DNA of 63,999 nt, counting the filler, from Vicugna vicugna (Eukaryota), in the NCBI GenBank assembly GCA_013265495.1. It is 75 parts of 72 records of this genome, joined end to end, with 100 filler letters (N's around TTAATTAATTAA, not from the genome) between each part and the next. Parts side by side here need not be neighbours in the genome. Positions count along the whole stretch, not along the records: positions 49,585 to 50,086 come from PNXW01010704.1; positions 50,187 to 50,900 come from PNXW01010709.1; positions 51,001 to 51,757 come from PNXW01010714.1; positions 51,858 to 52,740 come from PNXW01010715.1; positions 52,841 to 53,528 come from MU059726.1; positions 53,629 to 54,311 come from MU059727.1; positions 54,412 to 55,335 come from MU059727.1; positions 55,436 to 56,571 come from MU059729.1; 67 more parts are not named here. The stretch is one strand, 5' to 3'. This document shows, piece by piece, positions 49,585 through 63,004 of this stretch. The translations under genes and the position numbers were made by a program. Position 1 is the first letter of the stretch; each line of letters starts with the position of its first letter. The notes under the pieces were generated by a model. That model ran no database searches and had not been told where the DNA came from. It worked only from the letters and a program-made list of their open reading frames with translations.

Positions 49585-50086
49585 CAAAACTACAATGAGG
49601 TACCACCTCACACCAGTCAGAATGGCCATAATTAAAAAGTCCACAAACGATTAATGCTGGAGAGGGTATGAAGAAAAGGGAACCCTCCTACACTGCTGGT
49701 GGGAATGTAGTTTGGTGCAGCCATTATGGAAAACAGTATGGAGATTCCTCAAAAGACTGAAAATAGACTTACCATTTGATCCGGCAATCCCACTCCTGGG
49801 CATGTATCTGAAGGAAACTAAACCTCTAATTTGAAAAGATACATGCACCCCAATGTTCACAGACACAATATTTGCAATAGCCAAGACATGAAAATAACCT
49901 AAATGTCCATTGACTAATGATTAGATAAAGCAATTGTGGGATATACGTAGGATAGACTACTACTCAGCCATAAAGAAGTATAAAATAATGCCACTCACAG
50001 ACATAGAAAACAAACTTATGATTATCAGGGGGGTGAGGGGGGAAAGGAGTGGGATAAATTGGGAGTTCAAGATTTCCAGACACTAA
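49585..50086 (+). mobile_element. LINE-1 ORF2 C-terminus and 3' UTR, internally deleted
   Basis: KTTMRYHLTPVRMAIIKKS...[18 protein letters not shown] zinc-knuckle region, then 3' UTR CAGACATAGAAAACAAACTTATG...GGGATAAATTGGGAGTT. Confidence 0.93.
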
Positions 50087-50186
50087 NNNNNNNNNNNNNN
50101 NNNNNNNNNNNNNNNNNNNNNNNNNNNNNNTTAATTAATTAANNNNNNNNNNNNNNNNNNNNNNNNNNNNNNNNNNNNNNNNNNNN

Positions 50187-52740
50187 AGAATGTAGAACAC
50201 AGAATATAGAATATAGTATAAGGAATGCATAGTAAAGAATACAGAATATAGAATGTAGAACACAGAATATAGAATGTAGGACACAGAATATAGAATATGG
50301 AATACAGAATACAGAACCCAGAATTTAGAACATGGAATGCAGAACACAGAATTTAGAATATAGAAAACAGAATACTGAAATTAGAATATAGAATGTAGAA
50401 TGAAGAACACAGAATATAGAATATAGAATATGGAAGGAAGAATATAGCATACAGAATATAGAATGTAGAACACAGAATATAGAATATGGAAAACAGAATC
50501 CAGAACTCAGAATATAAAACATGGAATGCAGAACACAGAATTTAGAATATAGAATACAGAATACTGAATGCAGAATTTAGAATAAGAATGTAGAATCTGA
50601 AGAATATAGATTAGAGAATATAGAAACCAGTATCTAGAACATGGAATGCAGAACACAGAATTTAGAATATAGAATACAGAATACTGAATGCAGAATTTAG
50701 AATATAGAATGTAGAACACAGTCTGAAGAATATAGATTAGAGAATATAGAAACCAGTATTTAGAACATGGAATGCAGTACACAGAATTTATAATATAGAA
50801 TACATTATACTGAATATTGAATCTAGAAAATTGAATATAGAACACAGAATATAGCATATACAATAGAGAATATAGAACCCAGAATTTAGAACATGGAATG
50901 NNNNNNNNNNNNNNNNNNNNNNNNNNNNNNNNNNNNNNNNNNNNTTAATTAATTAANNNNNNNNNNNNNNNNNNNNNNNNNNNNNNNNNNNNNNNNNNNN
51001 TTCTGTGTTCTACATTCTATATTCTAAATTTTATATTCAGCATTCCATATTCTATATTCTATTTTCTGTGTTCTACATTCCATATTCTAAATTCTATATT
51101 CAGCATTCCGTATGCTTTATTTTAAATTCTGTGTTCTGCATTCCATGTTCTAAATTCTGGGTTCTATATTCTCTGTTTTATATTATATATTATGTGTTCC
51201 GCATTCTATGTTCCAAATTGTATATTCAGTTTTCTGTGTTCTATACCCGAAATTCTATGTTCTGCATTCCATGATCTAAATTCTGTGTTCTGTATTCTGC
51301 TTTCCATATTCTATATTCTGTTTTCTACATTCTATATACTGTTTTCTATATTCTGTATTCCATATTGTATATTCGATATTCTGTGTTCTACATTCCATAT
51401 TCTAAATTTTATATGCAGTATTGTGTATTCTATATTCTAAATACTGTGTTCTTCATTCCATGTTCTAAATTTTGGGTGCTGTATTCTGTTTTCCGTATTC
51501 TATATTCTGCGTTCTATATTCAATATTCTGTATTCTATTTTCTACATTCCGTATCCTGTATTGTATATTCTGTGTTCTTCATTCTACATTCTAAATATTC
51601 TACATTCTAAATTCTATATTCAGTATTCTGTATTCTATATTCTAAATTCTGTGTTCTGCATTCCATGTTCTAATTTCTGGGTTCTATATTCTGTATTCTA
51701 TATTCTATATTTCGTGTTCTACTTTTTATATACTAAATTCTATATTCAATATACTGTNNNNNNNNNNNNNNNNNNNNNNNNNNNNNNNNNNNNNNNNNNN
51801 NTTAATTAATTAANNNNNNNNNNNNNNNNNNNNNNNNNNNNNNNNNNNNNNNNNNNNTATTCTAAATTCTATATTCAGTATTCTTTATTCTACATTCTAT
51901 ATACTGTGTTCTGCATTCAATGTTCATAATACTATATTCATTATTCTGTATACTATATTCTAAATTCTGTGTTCTGCATTCCATGTTCTCTGTTCTGGTT
52001 TCTGTATTCTCTTTTCCATATTCTAAATTCTGTGTTCTTAATGCTAAAATCTAAATTCTATATTCAGTATTCTGTTTTCTAACTTTTAAATTCTGCTTTC
52101 TGTAATCCATGTTCTATATACTTTTTTCAGTATACTATATTCTATATCCTAAATTCTGTGTTCTGCATTCTATGTTCTAAATTCTATATTCAGTATTCTG
52201 TATTATATATTCTAAATTCTGTGTCCTGCATTCTATGACCTAAATTCTGGATTCTATATTCTCTATTTTATATTCTGTGTTCTAAATTCTATATTCTAAA
52301 TTCTATATTTAGTATTCTGTATTCTATATTCTAAATTCTGTGTTCTGCATTTCGTGTTCTAAATTCTTGATTCTATATTCTATATTTATATCCTGTGTTC
52401 TAAACTCTATATTCTAAAATCTATATTAAGTATTCTGTTTTCTATATTCTAAATTGTGTGTTGTGCATTCCATGTTCTAATTTCTGGGTTCTATATCCTC
52501 TATTCTCTATTCTATATTGTTTGTTCTTCATTCTATACTCTACATACTATATTTTGTATTCCGTATTCTATATTCTAAATTCTGTGTTCTGCATTCTATA
52601 TTCTGAATTCTATAAATTATTCTGTATTCTATATACTAAATTTTGTGTTCTGCATCCATGTTATAAATTCTGGGTTCTGTATTCTGTATTCCATCTTCTA
52701 TATTCTGTGTTCTACATTCTATATTCTGTTTTCTATATTC
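50187..52740. repeat. SatC, three contigs (50187-50900 minus; 51001-51757 and 51858-52740 plus)
   Basis: Continuous TTCnnnn heptamer tiling. Confidence 0.95.
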
Positions 52741-52840
52741 NNNNNNNNNNNNNNNNNNNNNNNNNNNNNNNNNNNNNNNNNNNNTTAATTAATTAANNNN
52801 NNNNNNNNNNNNNNNNNNNNNNNNNNNNNNNNNNNNNNNN

Positions 52841-53528
52841 ACAGGTGTTCCCAGGTTTGGATGTAGTTTAAACACCTCCACTGAATATAGAGACGCACAC
52901 GCTAATACTTGGCTTTAGAGCCCAACCCCCACCTAGGCTCAGAGCCCGGCCTAGGGAAACACTGAATGATGCCAAACGTAGGGATTATATTAGATCCCAG
53001 GTGCTTCTGTCAGTTGGAGGAGTCTCCCCACACTCAGGATACCAGAACACCACATCGTGTGTGTGCTGAAGGTGGGGAAACAGTGTCCTTGCAACTTTCA
53101 GGGGGCACAGGTATTCCCAAATATTTGGTTGTAGNNNNNNNNNNNNNNNNNNNNNNNNNNNNNNNNNNNNNNNNNNNNNNNNNNNNNNNNNNNNNNNNNN
53201 NNNNNNNNNNNNNNNNNNNNNNNNNNNNNNNNNNNNNNNNNNNNNNNNNNNNNNNNNNNNNNNNNNNNNNNNNNNNNNNNNNNNNNNNNNNNNNNNNNNN
53301 NNNNNNNNNNNNNNNNNNNNNNNNNNNNNNNNNNNTGGGGAAAGATACGCATTTTTGGGGGGGCACAGTTGTTCCAAGTTTGGGGATGTATTTTAAACAC
53401 CTCCACTGCCCAGAGAGAGTCACTCGCTATTTCTAGTCATTAGTGCCCAGCACCCAACTTTGCTCACAGCCTGGCCAATGGATACACTCAGGGAAAGCAA
53501 GCCAAATGATATTATAAGTTCCCAGTTG
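52841..53528 (+). repeat. SatD
   Basis: TTAAACACCTCCAC..GCTAATACTT and GTCAGTTGGAGGAG..CCCACACTCAGGA blocks as in 15748-16234. Confidence 0.85.
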
Positions 53529-53737
53529 NNNNNNNNNNNNNNNNNNNNNNNNNNNNNNNNNNNNNNNNNNNNTTAATTAATTAANNNNNNNNNNNNNNNN
53601 NNNNNNNNNNNNNNNNNNNNNNNNNNNNGAATTTGGAGGGGGTCAGAATCCGTCTCCCGGGTGCTTTCTCAGACTTTCAGTGCTGCTCAGGTCTTCTCTA
53701 CGCAAGGCAGAGGATTTTCTCTGCATTCTAACTCAGT

Positions 53738-53818
53738 TAAGTCCACACCAGTATAACTTCTATGTGTGAATTTTGGCAAATGCCTGAGGCTCTCTGAGCT
53801 CCGTTTCTACAAAATGCA
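53738..53818 (+). mobile_element. Possible MIR fragment
   Basis: TATGTGTGAATTTTGGCAAATG...CTCTCTGAGCTCCGTTTC...AAAATG resembles the MIR core. Confidence 0.5.
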
Positions 53819-54411
53819 CTGGGAAACTCTCCATGTATTTTAAAACACTGTGAATGTACATGTCTTCAAGTTTATTTTGCTTCATAAAATGCCAGTTATA
53901 GAAGGGACTTTAATTGACAGTTGAGTTTACAGCTGCTCTGTTCCTCACATCTCAATGGGCTCTAATTTTAATGAATTTACTCTTCCTTTTAAAAGAAAGG
54001 GAAGAAAAAATTCATGTTTTTGTTTTGTANNNNNNNNNNNNNNNNNNNNNNNNNNNNNNNNNNNNNNNNNNNNNNNNNNNNNNNNNNNNNNNNNNNNNNN
54101 NNNNNNNNNNNNNNNNNNNNNNNNNNNNNNNNNNNNNNNNNNNNNNNNNNNNNNNNNNNNNNNNNNNNNNNNNNNNNNNNNNNNNCACTGGAGTCTGCAT
54201 GACTCTGACAGTTCCAAGAGTTCTTTCTTGACAATACTGCTGTGAGATTGCCCTGTGAGATTTCCCTGTGAGTGAGTGAGAATCAGCTATACCTTTCCAT
54301 TTCTTTTCTTTNNNNNNNNNNNNNNNNNNNNNNNNNNNNNNNNNNNNNNNNNNNNTTAATTAATTAANNNNNNNNNNNNNNNNNNNNNNNNNNNNNNNNN
54401 NNNNNNNNNNN

Positions 54412-55335
54412 AGGTTCTTTAGGAGCGGCTAGATCAGTAGGAGCAGCAGGCTCTTCAGGAGTGGCAGGCTCCTCACGAGCAGCAAGATCAGCAGGAGCTT
54501 CAGGCTCTTCAGGAGCGTCAGGCTCAACAGGAGTGGCAACATCAGCAGGAGCTGCAGGCTCTTCAGTAGTGGCAATATCAGCAGGCTTTTCAGGAGCGGC
54601 TAGGTCATTAGGAGCAGCAGGCTCTTCAAGAGCGGCAGGCTCTTCAGCAGCGGCAAGATCAGCAGGCTCTTCAGGAGCTACAGGCTCTTCAGTAGCGGCA
54701 AAATCAGCAGGCTTTTCAGGAGCGGCTAGGTCATTAGGAGCAGCAGGCTCTTCAAGAGCGGCAGGCTCTTGAGGAGTGGCTAGATCAGCAGGAGCAGCAG
54801 GCTCTTCAGGAGTGGCAGGCTCTTCAGCAGCGGCAAGATCAGGAGGCTCTTCCGGAGCGGCAGGCTCTTCAGGAGCGGCTTGATCAGCAGGAGCGTCAGG
54901 CTCTTCAGGAAGGGCAGGCTCTTCAGGANNNNNNNNNNNNNNNNNNNNNNNNNNNNNNNNNNNNNNNNNNNNNNNNNNNNNNNNNNNNNNNNNNNNNNNN
55001 NNNNNNNNNNNNNNNNNNNNNNNNNNNNNNNNNNGCGGCAGGCTCTTCAGGTGCGGCAGGCTCTTCAGGAGCGGCAGGCTCAACAGGAGTGGCAACATCA
55101 GCAGGAGCTGCAGGCTCTTCAGTAGTGGCAAAATCAGCAGGCTTTTCAGGAGCGGCTAGGTCATTAGGAGCAGCAGGCTCTTCAAGAGCGGCAGGCTCTT
55201 CAACAGCGGCAAGATCAGCAGGCTCTTCAGGAGCGGCTTGAGCAGCAGGAGCGTCAGGCTCTTCAGGAAGGGTAGGCTCTTCAGGAGCGTCAGGCTCTTC
55301 AGGTGCAGCAGGCTGTTCAAGACTGTCAGGCTCTT
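54412..55335 (-). CDS. Putative acidic Pro/Glu/Ala repeat coding segment (PEEPAA units); product unidentified
   Basis: 18-bp unit CCTGAAGAGCCTGCCGCT with 27-bp variants. The EEP frame is stop-free in both 54412-54928 and 55035-55335. No start, stop or splice site is visible. Confidence 0.55.
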
Positions 55336-55435
55336 NNNNNNNNNNNNNNNNNNNNNNNNNNNNNNNNNNNNNNNNNNNNTTAATTAATTAANNNNNNNNN
55401 NNNNNNNNNNNNNNNNNNNNNNNNNNNNNNNNNNN

Positions 55436-56571
55436 TGAAGAATCCGTGATGCATGAAACATGTTCGGAATACGGAATGCCTAGGTTATTTAAACAATGAA
55501 AATTACATGGGTATTGTTGAGAATTCACTCAAAGTGTTTTTCTGGTGCCTAATGTCCTATTTTAAGACATGCTGATAGAAAAAAACTATGATGTCAGAGT
55601 AAATATTACTAAGTGTTTATATGCCTTGTTGGTGGATGAAAGATCACTAATCCACATGCTCACAAGTCAGAAACGCATGTATGCTGAATCCGTCATGCAT
55701 ATAGCATGTACGGAACCCGGAATGCCATGTTGACGGAATTCATGTAAATTACATATCTGTTAGGTGGAAATCGCTCTAGAAGAATTTTTCTGTGAAAAAA
55801 GCAAGAATTCGAANNNNNNNNNNNNNNNNNNNNNNNNNNNNNNNNNNNNNNNNNNNNNNNNNNNNNNNNNNNNNNNNNNNNNNNNNNNNNNNNNNNNNNN
55901 NNNNNNNNNNNNNNNNNNNNNNNNNNNNNNNNNNNNNNNNNNNNNNNNNNNNNNNNNNNNNNNNNNNNNNNNNNNNNNNNNNNNNNNNNNNNNNNNNNNN
56001 NNNNNNNNNNNNNNNNNNNNNNNNNNNNNNNNNNNNNNNNNNNNNNNNNNNNNNNNNNNNNNNNNNNNNNNNNNNNNNNNNNNNNNNNNNNNNNNNNNNN
56101 NNNNNNNNNNNNNNNNNNNNNNNNNNNNNNNNNNNNNNNNNNNNNNNNNNNNNNNNNNNNNNNNNNNNNNNNNNNNNNNNNNNNNNNNNNNNNNNNNNNN
56201 NNNNNNNNNNNNNNNNNNNNNNNNNNNNNNNNNNNNNNNNNNNNNNNNNNNNNNNNNNNNNNNNNNNNNNNNNNNNNNNNNNNNNNNNNNNNNNNNNNNN
56301 NNNNNNNNNNNNNNNNNNNNNNNNNNNNNNNNNNNNNNNNNNNNNNNNNNNNNNNNNNNNNNNNNNNNNNNNNNNNNNNNNNNNNNNNNNNNNNNNNNNN
56401 NNNNNNNNNNNNNNNNNNNNNNNNNNNNNNNNNNNNNNNNNNNNNNNNNNNNNNNNNNNNNNNNNNNNNNNNNNNNNNNNNNNNNNNNNNNNATTGTTGA
56501 GAATTCGCTCAAAGAGTTTTTCTAGTACCTAATGTCCTATTTTAGGACCTGGTTATAGAAAAATCTATGAA
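55436..56571 (-). repeat. SatB (gapped)
   Basis: Reverse SatB motifs. Confidence 0.92.
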
Positions 56572-56671
56572 NNNNNNNNNNNNNNNNNNNNNNNNNNNNN
56601 NNNNNNNNNNNNNNNTTAATTAATTAANNNNNNNNNNNNNNNNNNNNNNNNNNNNNNNNNNNNNNNNNNNN

Positions 56672-57329
56672 TCTAAATTCTGTGTTCTGCATTCCTTGTT
56701 CTAAATTCTGGGGTCTATATTCTCTACTCTATTCTATATTGTGTGTTTTTAATTCTATAGTCTACAAAATATAGTCTGCATTCCATATACTATATTCTAT
56801 ATTATGTGTGCTACATTCTGTATTCTAAATTCTATATTCTGCATTCCGTATTCTATATTATATATTCTGTGTTTTACATTCTATATTCGAAATTATATAT
56901 TCAGTATTCAGTATTATATATATTCAGTATTCAGTATTCTATAATCTAAACTCTGTGTTCTGCATTCCTTGTTCTAATTTCTGGGTTCTATATTCTCTAC
57001 TCTATTCTATATTGTATGTTTTTCATTCTATATTCTACAAAATATAGTCTTCATTCCATATACTATATTCTATATTATGTGTTCTACAATCTATATTCTA
57101 AATTCTATATTCTGTATTCTGTATTCTTTATTCTATATTTTGTGTTCTGCATTCAATATTCTAAATTCTGGGTTCTATATTCTCTATTCTATATTCTATA
57201 TTGTGTGTTCTGCATTCTATATTCTAAATTCTATATTCAGTTTTATTTATTATATATTTAATTTCTGTGTTCTGCATTCGTTGATCTAAATTCTATATTC
57301 AGTGTTTTGTATTCTATATTCTACATTCT
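56672..57329 (+). repeat. SatC
   Basis: Heptamers. Confidence 0.95.
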
Positions 57330-57429
57330 NNNNNNNNNNNNNNNNNNNNNNNNNNNNNNNNNNNNNNNNNNNNTTAATTAATTAANNNNNNNNNNNNNNN
57401 NNNNNNNNNNNNNNNNNNNNNNNNNNNNN

Positions 57430-58384
57430 TGCATGATGGATTCCGGATACATGTGTTTCTGAGTTGTGAGCATGAGAATTACTGATCTTTCATCCACAAA
57501 ACAAGGCATATATATACTTCGAAATATTTATTCTGACTTCATAGGTTTTTCCTATCACCAGGTTCTAAAATCGGACATTTGGCACCAGAATACACTCTTT
57601 GAGCGAATACTCACCAATACACATGTAATTNNNNNNNNNNNNNNNNNNNNNNNNNNNNNNNNNNNNNNNNNNNNNNNNNNNNNNNNNNNNNNNNNNNNNN
57701 NNNNNNNNNNNNNNNNNNNNNNNNNNNNNNNNNNNNNNNNNNNNNNNNNNNNNNNNNNNNNNNNNNNNNNNNNNNNNNNNNNNNNNNNNNNNNNNNNNNN
57801 NNNNNNNNNNNNNNNNNNNNNNNNNNNNNNNNNNNNNNNNNNNNNNNNNNNNNNNNNNNNNNNNNNNNNNNNNNNNNNNNNNNNNNNNNNNNNNNNNNNN
57901 NNNNNNNNNNNNNNNNNNNNNNNNNNNNNNNNNNNNNNNNNNNNNNNNNNNNNNNNNNNNNNNNNNNNNNNNNNNNNNNNNNNNNNNNNNNNNNNNNNNN
58001 NNNNNNNNNNNNNNNNNNNNNNNNNNNNNNNNNNNNNNNNNNNNNNNNNNNNNNNNNNNNNNNNNNNNNNNNNNNNNNNNNNNNNNNNNNNNNNNNNNNN
58101 NNNNNNNNNNNNNNNNNNNNNNNNNNNNNNNNNNNNNNNNNNNNNNNNNNNNNNNNNNNNNNNNNNNNNNNNNNNNNNNNNNNNNNNNNNNNNNNNNNNN
58201 TCATGCATTTTTCACAGAAAAATAGTTCTGTAGCGATTTCCACCTAACAGATATGTAATTTACATGAATTCCCACTACGTGGCATTCCGGGTTCCGTACA
58301 TGCTACATGTATAACGGTTTCGGCAATCATACGTTTCTCACTTGTTAGCATGTGGATTACTGACCTTTCATCCCCCAAAAAATG
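57430..58384 (+). repeat. SatB (gapped)
   Basis: SatB motifs. Confidence 0.92.
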
Positions 58385-58751
58385 NNNNNNNNNNNNNNNN
58401 NNNNNNNNNNNNNNNNNNNNNNNNNNNNTTAATTAATTAANNNNNNNNNNNNNNNNNNNNNNNNNNNNNNNNNNNNNNNNNNNNCAGCAGTGTAGGAGGG
58501 TTCCCCTTTCTCCACAGCCTCTCCAGCCTAGCTACAATTCTTAACTTCAGTTTAAAAAAAGATGCTTTCATTGTCTGTTTTACTATTTTATTAAATTAAT
58601 GATAAAATCATATTCACCCAGTGACAGTCAGGGAACTTACTAATCATTAATGCTCTCCAATTATTTCTGCACTAATTCCCTCTCCCTCCTCCCACATACA
58701 CTTACACACTATGAACTTTAGCACGTGGAATCGCTTTGCAGGCTTAAGCTA

Positions 58752-59065
58752 CAGTTGTCCCACAGCATCTGTGGCGGATTTGTTCCAGGACCCCCTCAGA
58801 TATCAAAATCTGCAGATGCTAAGTCCCTTATATCAAATGGCTTAGTATTTGCATATTACCTATACGCATCCTCCCTTATACTTTAAATCATCTCTGGATT
58901 ACTTATAATACCCAATACAATGCAAATGCTCTGTAAATAGTTGCTGGACCCAGCAAATTAAAGTTTTGCTTTTTGGAACTTTCTGGATTTTTTGTTTTTA
59001 ATTTTTGACCTGCTGTTGGTTGAACTGGTGGATACAGAGAACCTGTAGATACAAAGGGCCGACTA
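58752..59065 (+). mobile_element. MER2/MER2B-type non-autonomous TcMar-Tigger DNA transposon, near full length
   Basis: TA|CAGTTGTCCC...GGGCCGACTA|TA (degenerate TIRs with TA target duplication); internal GTATTTGCATAT.ACCTA..CATCCTCCC.TATACTTTAAATCATCTCT matches the recalled MER2 consensus. Confidence 0.85.
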
Positions 59066-59212
59066 TATCTATATCTATAAATACTCCTCTAGCACTGGTA
59101 AGCAAACATCACNNNNNNNNNNNNNNNNNNNNNNNNNNNNNNNNNNNNNNNNNNNNTTAATTAATTAANNNNNNNNNNNNNNNNNNNNNNNNNNNNNNNN
59201 NNNNNNNNNNNN

Positions 59213-59769
59213 TGCAGGATATCCCAGTGTCAGAAGCTGCCTCCCCAAGTTCAGGGAGGCTATTTCTCGGACTTCTCCGAACAGGGAACACAAGTGACTG
59301 AAGAGAGCTGCGTGAAGTTTTCTCTCGAGCTCCCCCACGCACTGATAATGGTTCCGGAATCCTGAGCGTATGGAGGTTCCACCAAAGGTCGGCATCGCGT
59401 GGGTTCTAACGGAATGCCTAAGCTCGTCTCCCCTGAGGGTTTTCCTAATGTCNNNNNNNNNNNNNNNNNNNNNNNNNNNNNNNNNNNNNNNNNNNNNNNN
59501 NNNNNNNNNNNNNNNNNNNNNNNNNNNNNNNNNNNNNNNNNNNNNNNNNNNNNNNNNNNNNNNNNNNNNNNNNNNNNNNNNNNNNNNNNNNNNNNNNNNN
59601 NNNNNNNNNNNNNNNNNNNNNNNNNNNNNNNNNNNNNNNNNNNNNNNNNNNNNNNNNGGCAGCGCGTATAACGGAATGCATTAGCTCGTCTCCGCTGAGG
59701 CTTTTCCTTATGTCTCTGTGCCATGGAATGCTAGGGATGATTGCAGGGTATCCCAGTGTCAGAGGCTGC
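59213..59769 (-). repeat. SatA
   Basis: Reverse SatA motifs. Confidence 0.93.
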
Positions 59770-59869
59770 NNNNNNNNNNNNNNNNNNNNNNNNNNNNNNN
59801 NNNNNNNNNNNNNTTAATTAATTAANNNNNNNNNNNNNNNNNNNNNNNNNNNNNNNNNNNNNNNNNNNN

Positions 59870-60686
59870 TAAATTCTGTGTTCTATAATCTCTATTCTAT
59901 ATTCTATATTCTGTTTTCTACATTCTATAAAATAAATTATATTTTCAGTATTCTGTATTCTGTATTCTAAATTATGTGTTCTGCATTCCATGTTCTAAAT
60001 TCTGGGTTCTATATTCTCTATTCAATATTCTATATTCTGTGTACGACATTCTATATTCTAAATTCTATATTCAGTATTCTGTATTCTACATTCTAAATTC
60101 TGTGTTCTGTATGCTATGTTCTTAATACTAAATTCATTATTCTGTATTCGATATTCTAAATTCTGTGTTCTGCATTCTATCTTCTAAATTCTATATTCAT
60201 AATTCTGTATTCTGTATTCTATATTCTAAATTCTGTCTTCTGCATTCCATGTTCAAAATTCTGGGTTCTGTATTCTCTATTCTCTATTCTATATTCTGTG
60301 TTCTACATTCTATATTCTAAATCCTATATTCAGTATTATTATTATAAATTCTGTTTCTGCATTCCATTTTCTAAATTCTGTTTTCTGTATTTTGTTATCC
60401 ATATTCTATATTCTGTGTTCTACATTCCATGTTCTAAATTTTGGATTCTGTATTCTGTTTTCCATATTCTATATTCTGTGTTCTACATTCTATAATTTAA
60501 ATCCTATATTCAGTATACTTTACACTATATTCTAAATTCTGTGTTCTACATTCCATGTTCTAAATTCTGGGTTCTGCATTCTATATTCTATATTCTAAAT
60601 TCTGTATTCAGTATTCTCTATTCTATATTCTAATTTCTGATTTCTGCATTCCATGTTCTAAATTCTGGGTTGTCTATTCTCTATTC
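59870..60686 (+). repeat. SatC
   Basis: Heptamers. Confidence 0.95.
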
Positions 60687-61361
60687 NNNNNNNNNNNNNN
60701 NNNNNNNNNNNNNNNNNNNNNNNNNNNNNNTTAATTAATTAANNNNNNNNNNNNNNNNNNNNNNNNNNNNNNNNNNNNNNNNNNNNTTGATTCTCAGACT
60801 GGACACATTCTGTGGTGCTGTGCAGCTGAAATGGTTTAGAATTTGTTTCTGGGTTGTCCTAGTTTTCAGCGCATGTGCCTGGAAAGCTCTCTTAGGCAAA
60901 CATGCTAATTTAAGAAGGTTGTCATTATAAATGCTCTTAAGAGGATTAAACAAATTCCACAGCAAATAAATGAACATGTTTGGAAGGTTTTCCACCCTCA
61001 TGTAATTTCCAGAAAACAGACAATATTCACTTGCTAAACCAAAGACACAGGTATATTAATGAGCCTGGCTTACATGACTGGACAGCACGGAGGGAGCCTC
61101 ATCTATTGGCGTGGGTTCTGCTGCAGGAACCGCATCTGAAGATAATTAGAATTCCAGCGAGTGCTGCTCCCGCCTTTCTCTCCCCAAAGTAAGGAAGAGC
61201 CCTCCTTGCCTGGCCATTAGTGTGCAGAGCCCTGCGGCTCACACACTCCACTGCTCATCAGNNNNNNNNNNNNNNNNNNNNNNNNNNNNNNNNNNNNNNN
61301 NNNNNTTAATTAATTAANNNNNNNNNNNNNNNNNNNNNNNNNNNNNNNNNNNNNNNNNNNN

Positions 61362-62042
61362 CAGTCTGTTTCCTAGTGCCGGTTTGAAGTTCATGCTCTT
61401 TTCACTTTAAAACCGAGTTGGAGTTTGTACCCTCTGAGATATATGTATGTGGTGGGTTTTGCAACTGAATAGAAACTTTGTGTTCCCAAAAACCTAGTTG
61501 AAGTACGGCTTTCACACACGCTTAATTCTCAAAACTGAGCATGTTTATAGACGTTGGTTCATCTAGCACAAAGGAAAAATTTGCAGTAGAAATAATTTCT
61601 TTGGTTTCTCTGTTTCCTAGTGCAGGTTTGAAGATCCTGCAGTTTTCCCTGTAAAACTGAGTTGGAGCTAGCACCTCCCCATATATATGTATGTGGTGGG
61701 GTTTGCAACTGAAGAAGAACTTTGTGTTCCCAACAAACTACTTGAAGGATGGCATTCACACACGCTTATCTCTCAAAAGTGAGCATGTGGAGAGAAGTTC
61801 GTTTATTTAACTCAAAGGGAACAGGTTGCAGGAGAAGCACTTTCTCTGGTTTCTCAATCTGTTTCCTGGTGTCGGTTTGAAATTCCTTCAGTTTTCACTG
61901 TCAAAATGAGTTGGAGTTTGTACCTCCCTTTATATAATTATGTATTGGTGTTTGCAACTGAAGAGGAACTTTGTGTTCCCTACAAGCTAAGTGAAGGATA
62001 TGTAGAGACGTTCGTTCATCTAGCACAAAGGAAACACTTTGC
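61362..62042 (+). repeat. SatE, 244-249-bp monomers
   Basis: CTGTTTCCT.GTG..GGTTTGAA at 61366, 61610 and 61859; reverse complement of the 23430-23911 family. Confidence 0.85.
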
Positions 62043-62142
62043 NNNNNNNNNNNNNNNNNNNNNNNNNNNNNNNNNNNNNNNNNNNNTTAATTAATTAANN
62101 NNNNNNNNNNNNNNNNNNNNNNNNNNNNNNNNNNNNNNNNNN

Positions 62143-62904
62143 AGCGTGGGGAGATTCCACCAACGGTCGGTAGCACGTGGGATCTAAAGGAATGCCTAAG
62201 CTCGAATCCCCTGAAAGTTTTCCTAATGTCTCTGTACCACGGAATGCTAGGGGTGATTGCATTATATCCCAGTGTCAGAGGCGGCCTCCCCAAGGTAAGG
62301 GAAGGTATTTCTCGCACTTCACCGAACAAGGAACACCTGTGACTGAAGAGAGCTGCGTGGAGTTGTCCCTCGAGGTCCCCCACGCACTGACAATGGTTCC
62401 GGAATCCTGAGCGTGGGGAGGTTCCNNNNNNNNNNNNNNNNNNNNNNNNNNNNNNNNNNNNNNNNNNNNNNNNNNNNNNNNNNNNNNNNNNNNNNNNNNN
62501 NNNNNNNNNNNNNNNNNNNNNNNNNNNNNNNNNNNNNNNNNNNNNNNNNNNNNNNNNNNNNNNNNNNNNNNNNNNNNNNNNNNCAGGGAATCCCTGTGAC
62601 TGAAGAGAGCTGCGTGGAGTTGTCTCTCGAGCTCCCCCACGCACTGACAATGGTTCCGGAATCCTGAGCGTGGGGAGGTTCCACCAACGGTCGGCAGTGC
62701 GTGGGTTCTAACGGAATGCATAATCTCGTCTCCCCTGAGGGCTTTCCTAATGTCTATGTGCCAGGGAATGCTAGGGGTGATTGCAGGATATCCCAGTATA
62801 AGAGGCTGCCTCCCAAAGGTCAGGGAAGATATTTCTCGGACTTCCCCAAACATGGAACTCCTGTGACTGAAGGAGCTGCGTGGAGTTGTCTCTCGATTTC
62901 CCCA
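62143..62904 (-). repeat. SatA
   Basis: Reverse SatA monomers. Confidence 0.95.
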
Positions 62905-63004
62905 NNNNNNNNNNNNNNNNNNNNNNNNNNNNNNNNNNNNNNNNNNNNTTAATTAATTAANNNNNNNNNNNNNNNNNNNNNNNNNNNNNNNNNNNNNNNN
63001 NNNN

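Noticed and set aside
51005..51809. Hydrophobic F/Y/I/L/S/C-rich ORFs that look like membrane proteins
   Set aside because: They are translations of the TTCnnnn heptamer satellite.
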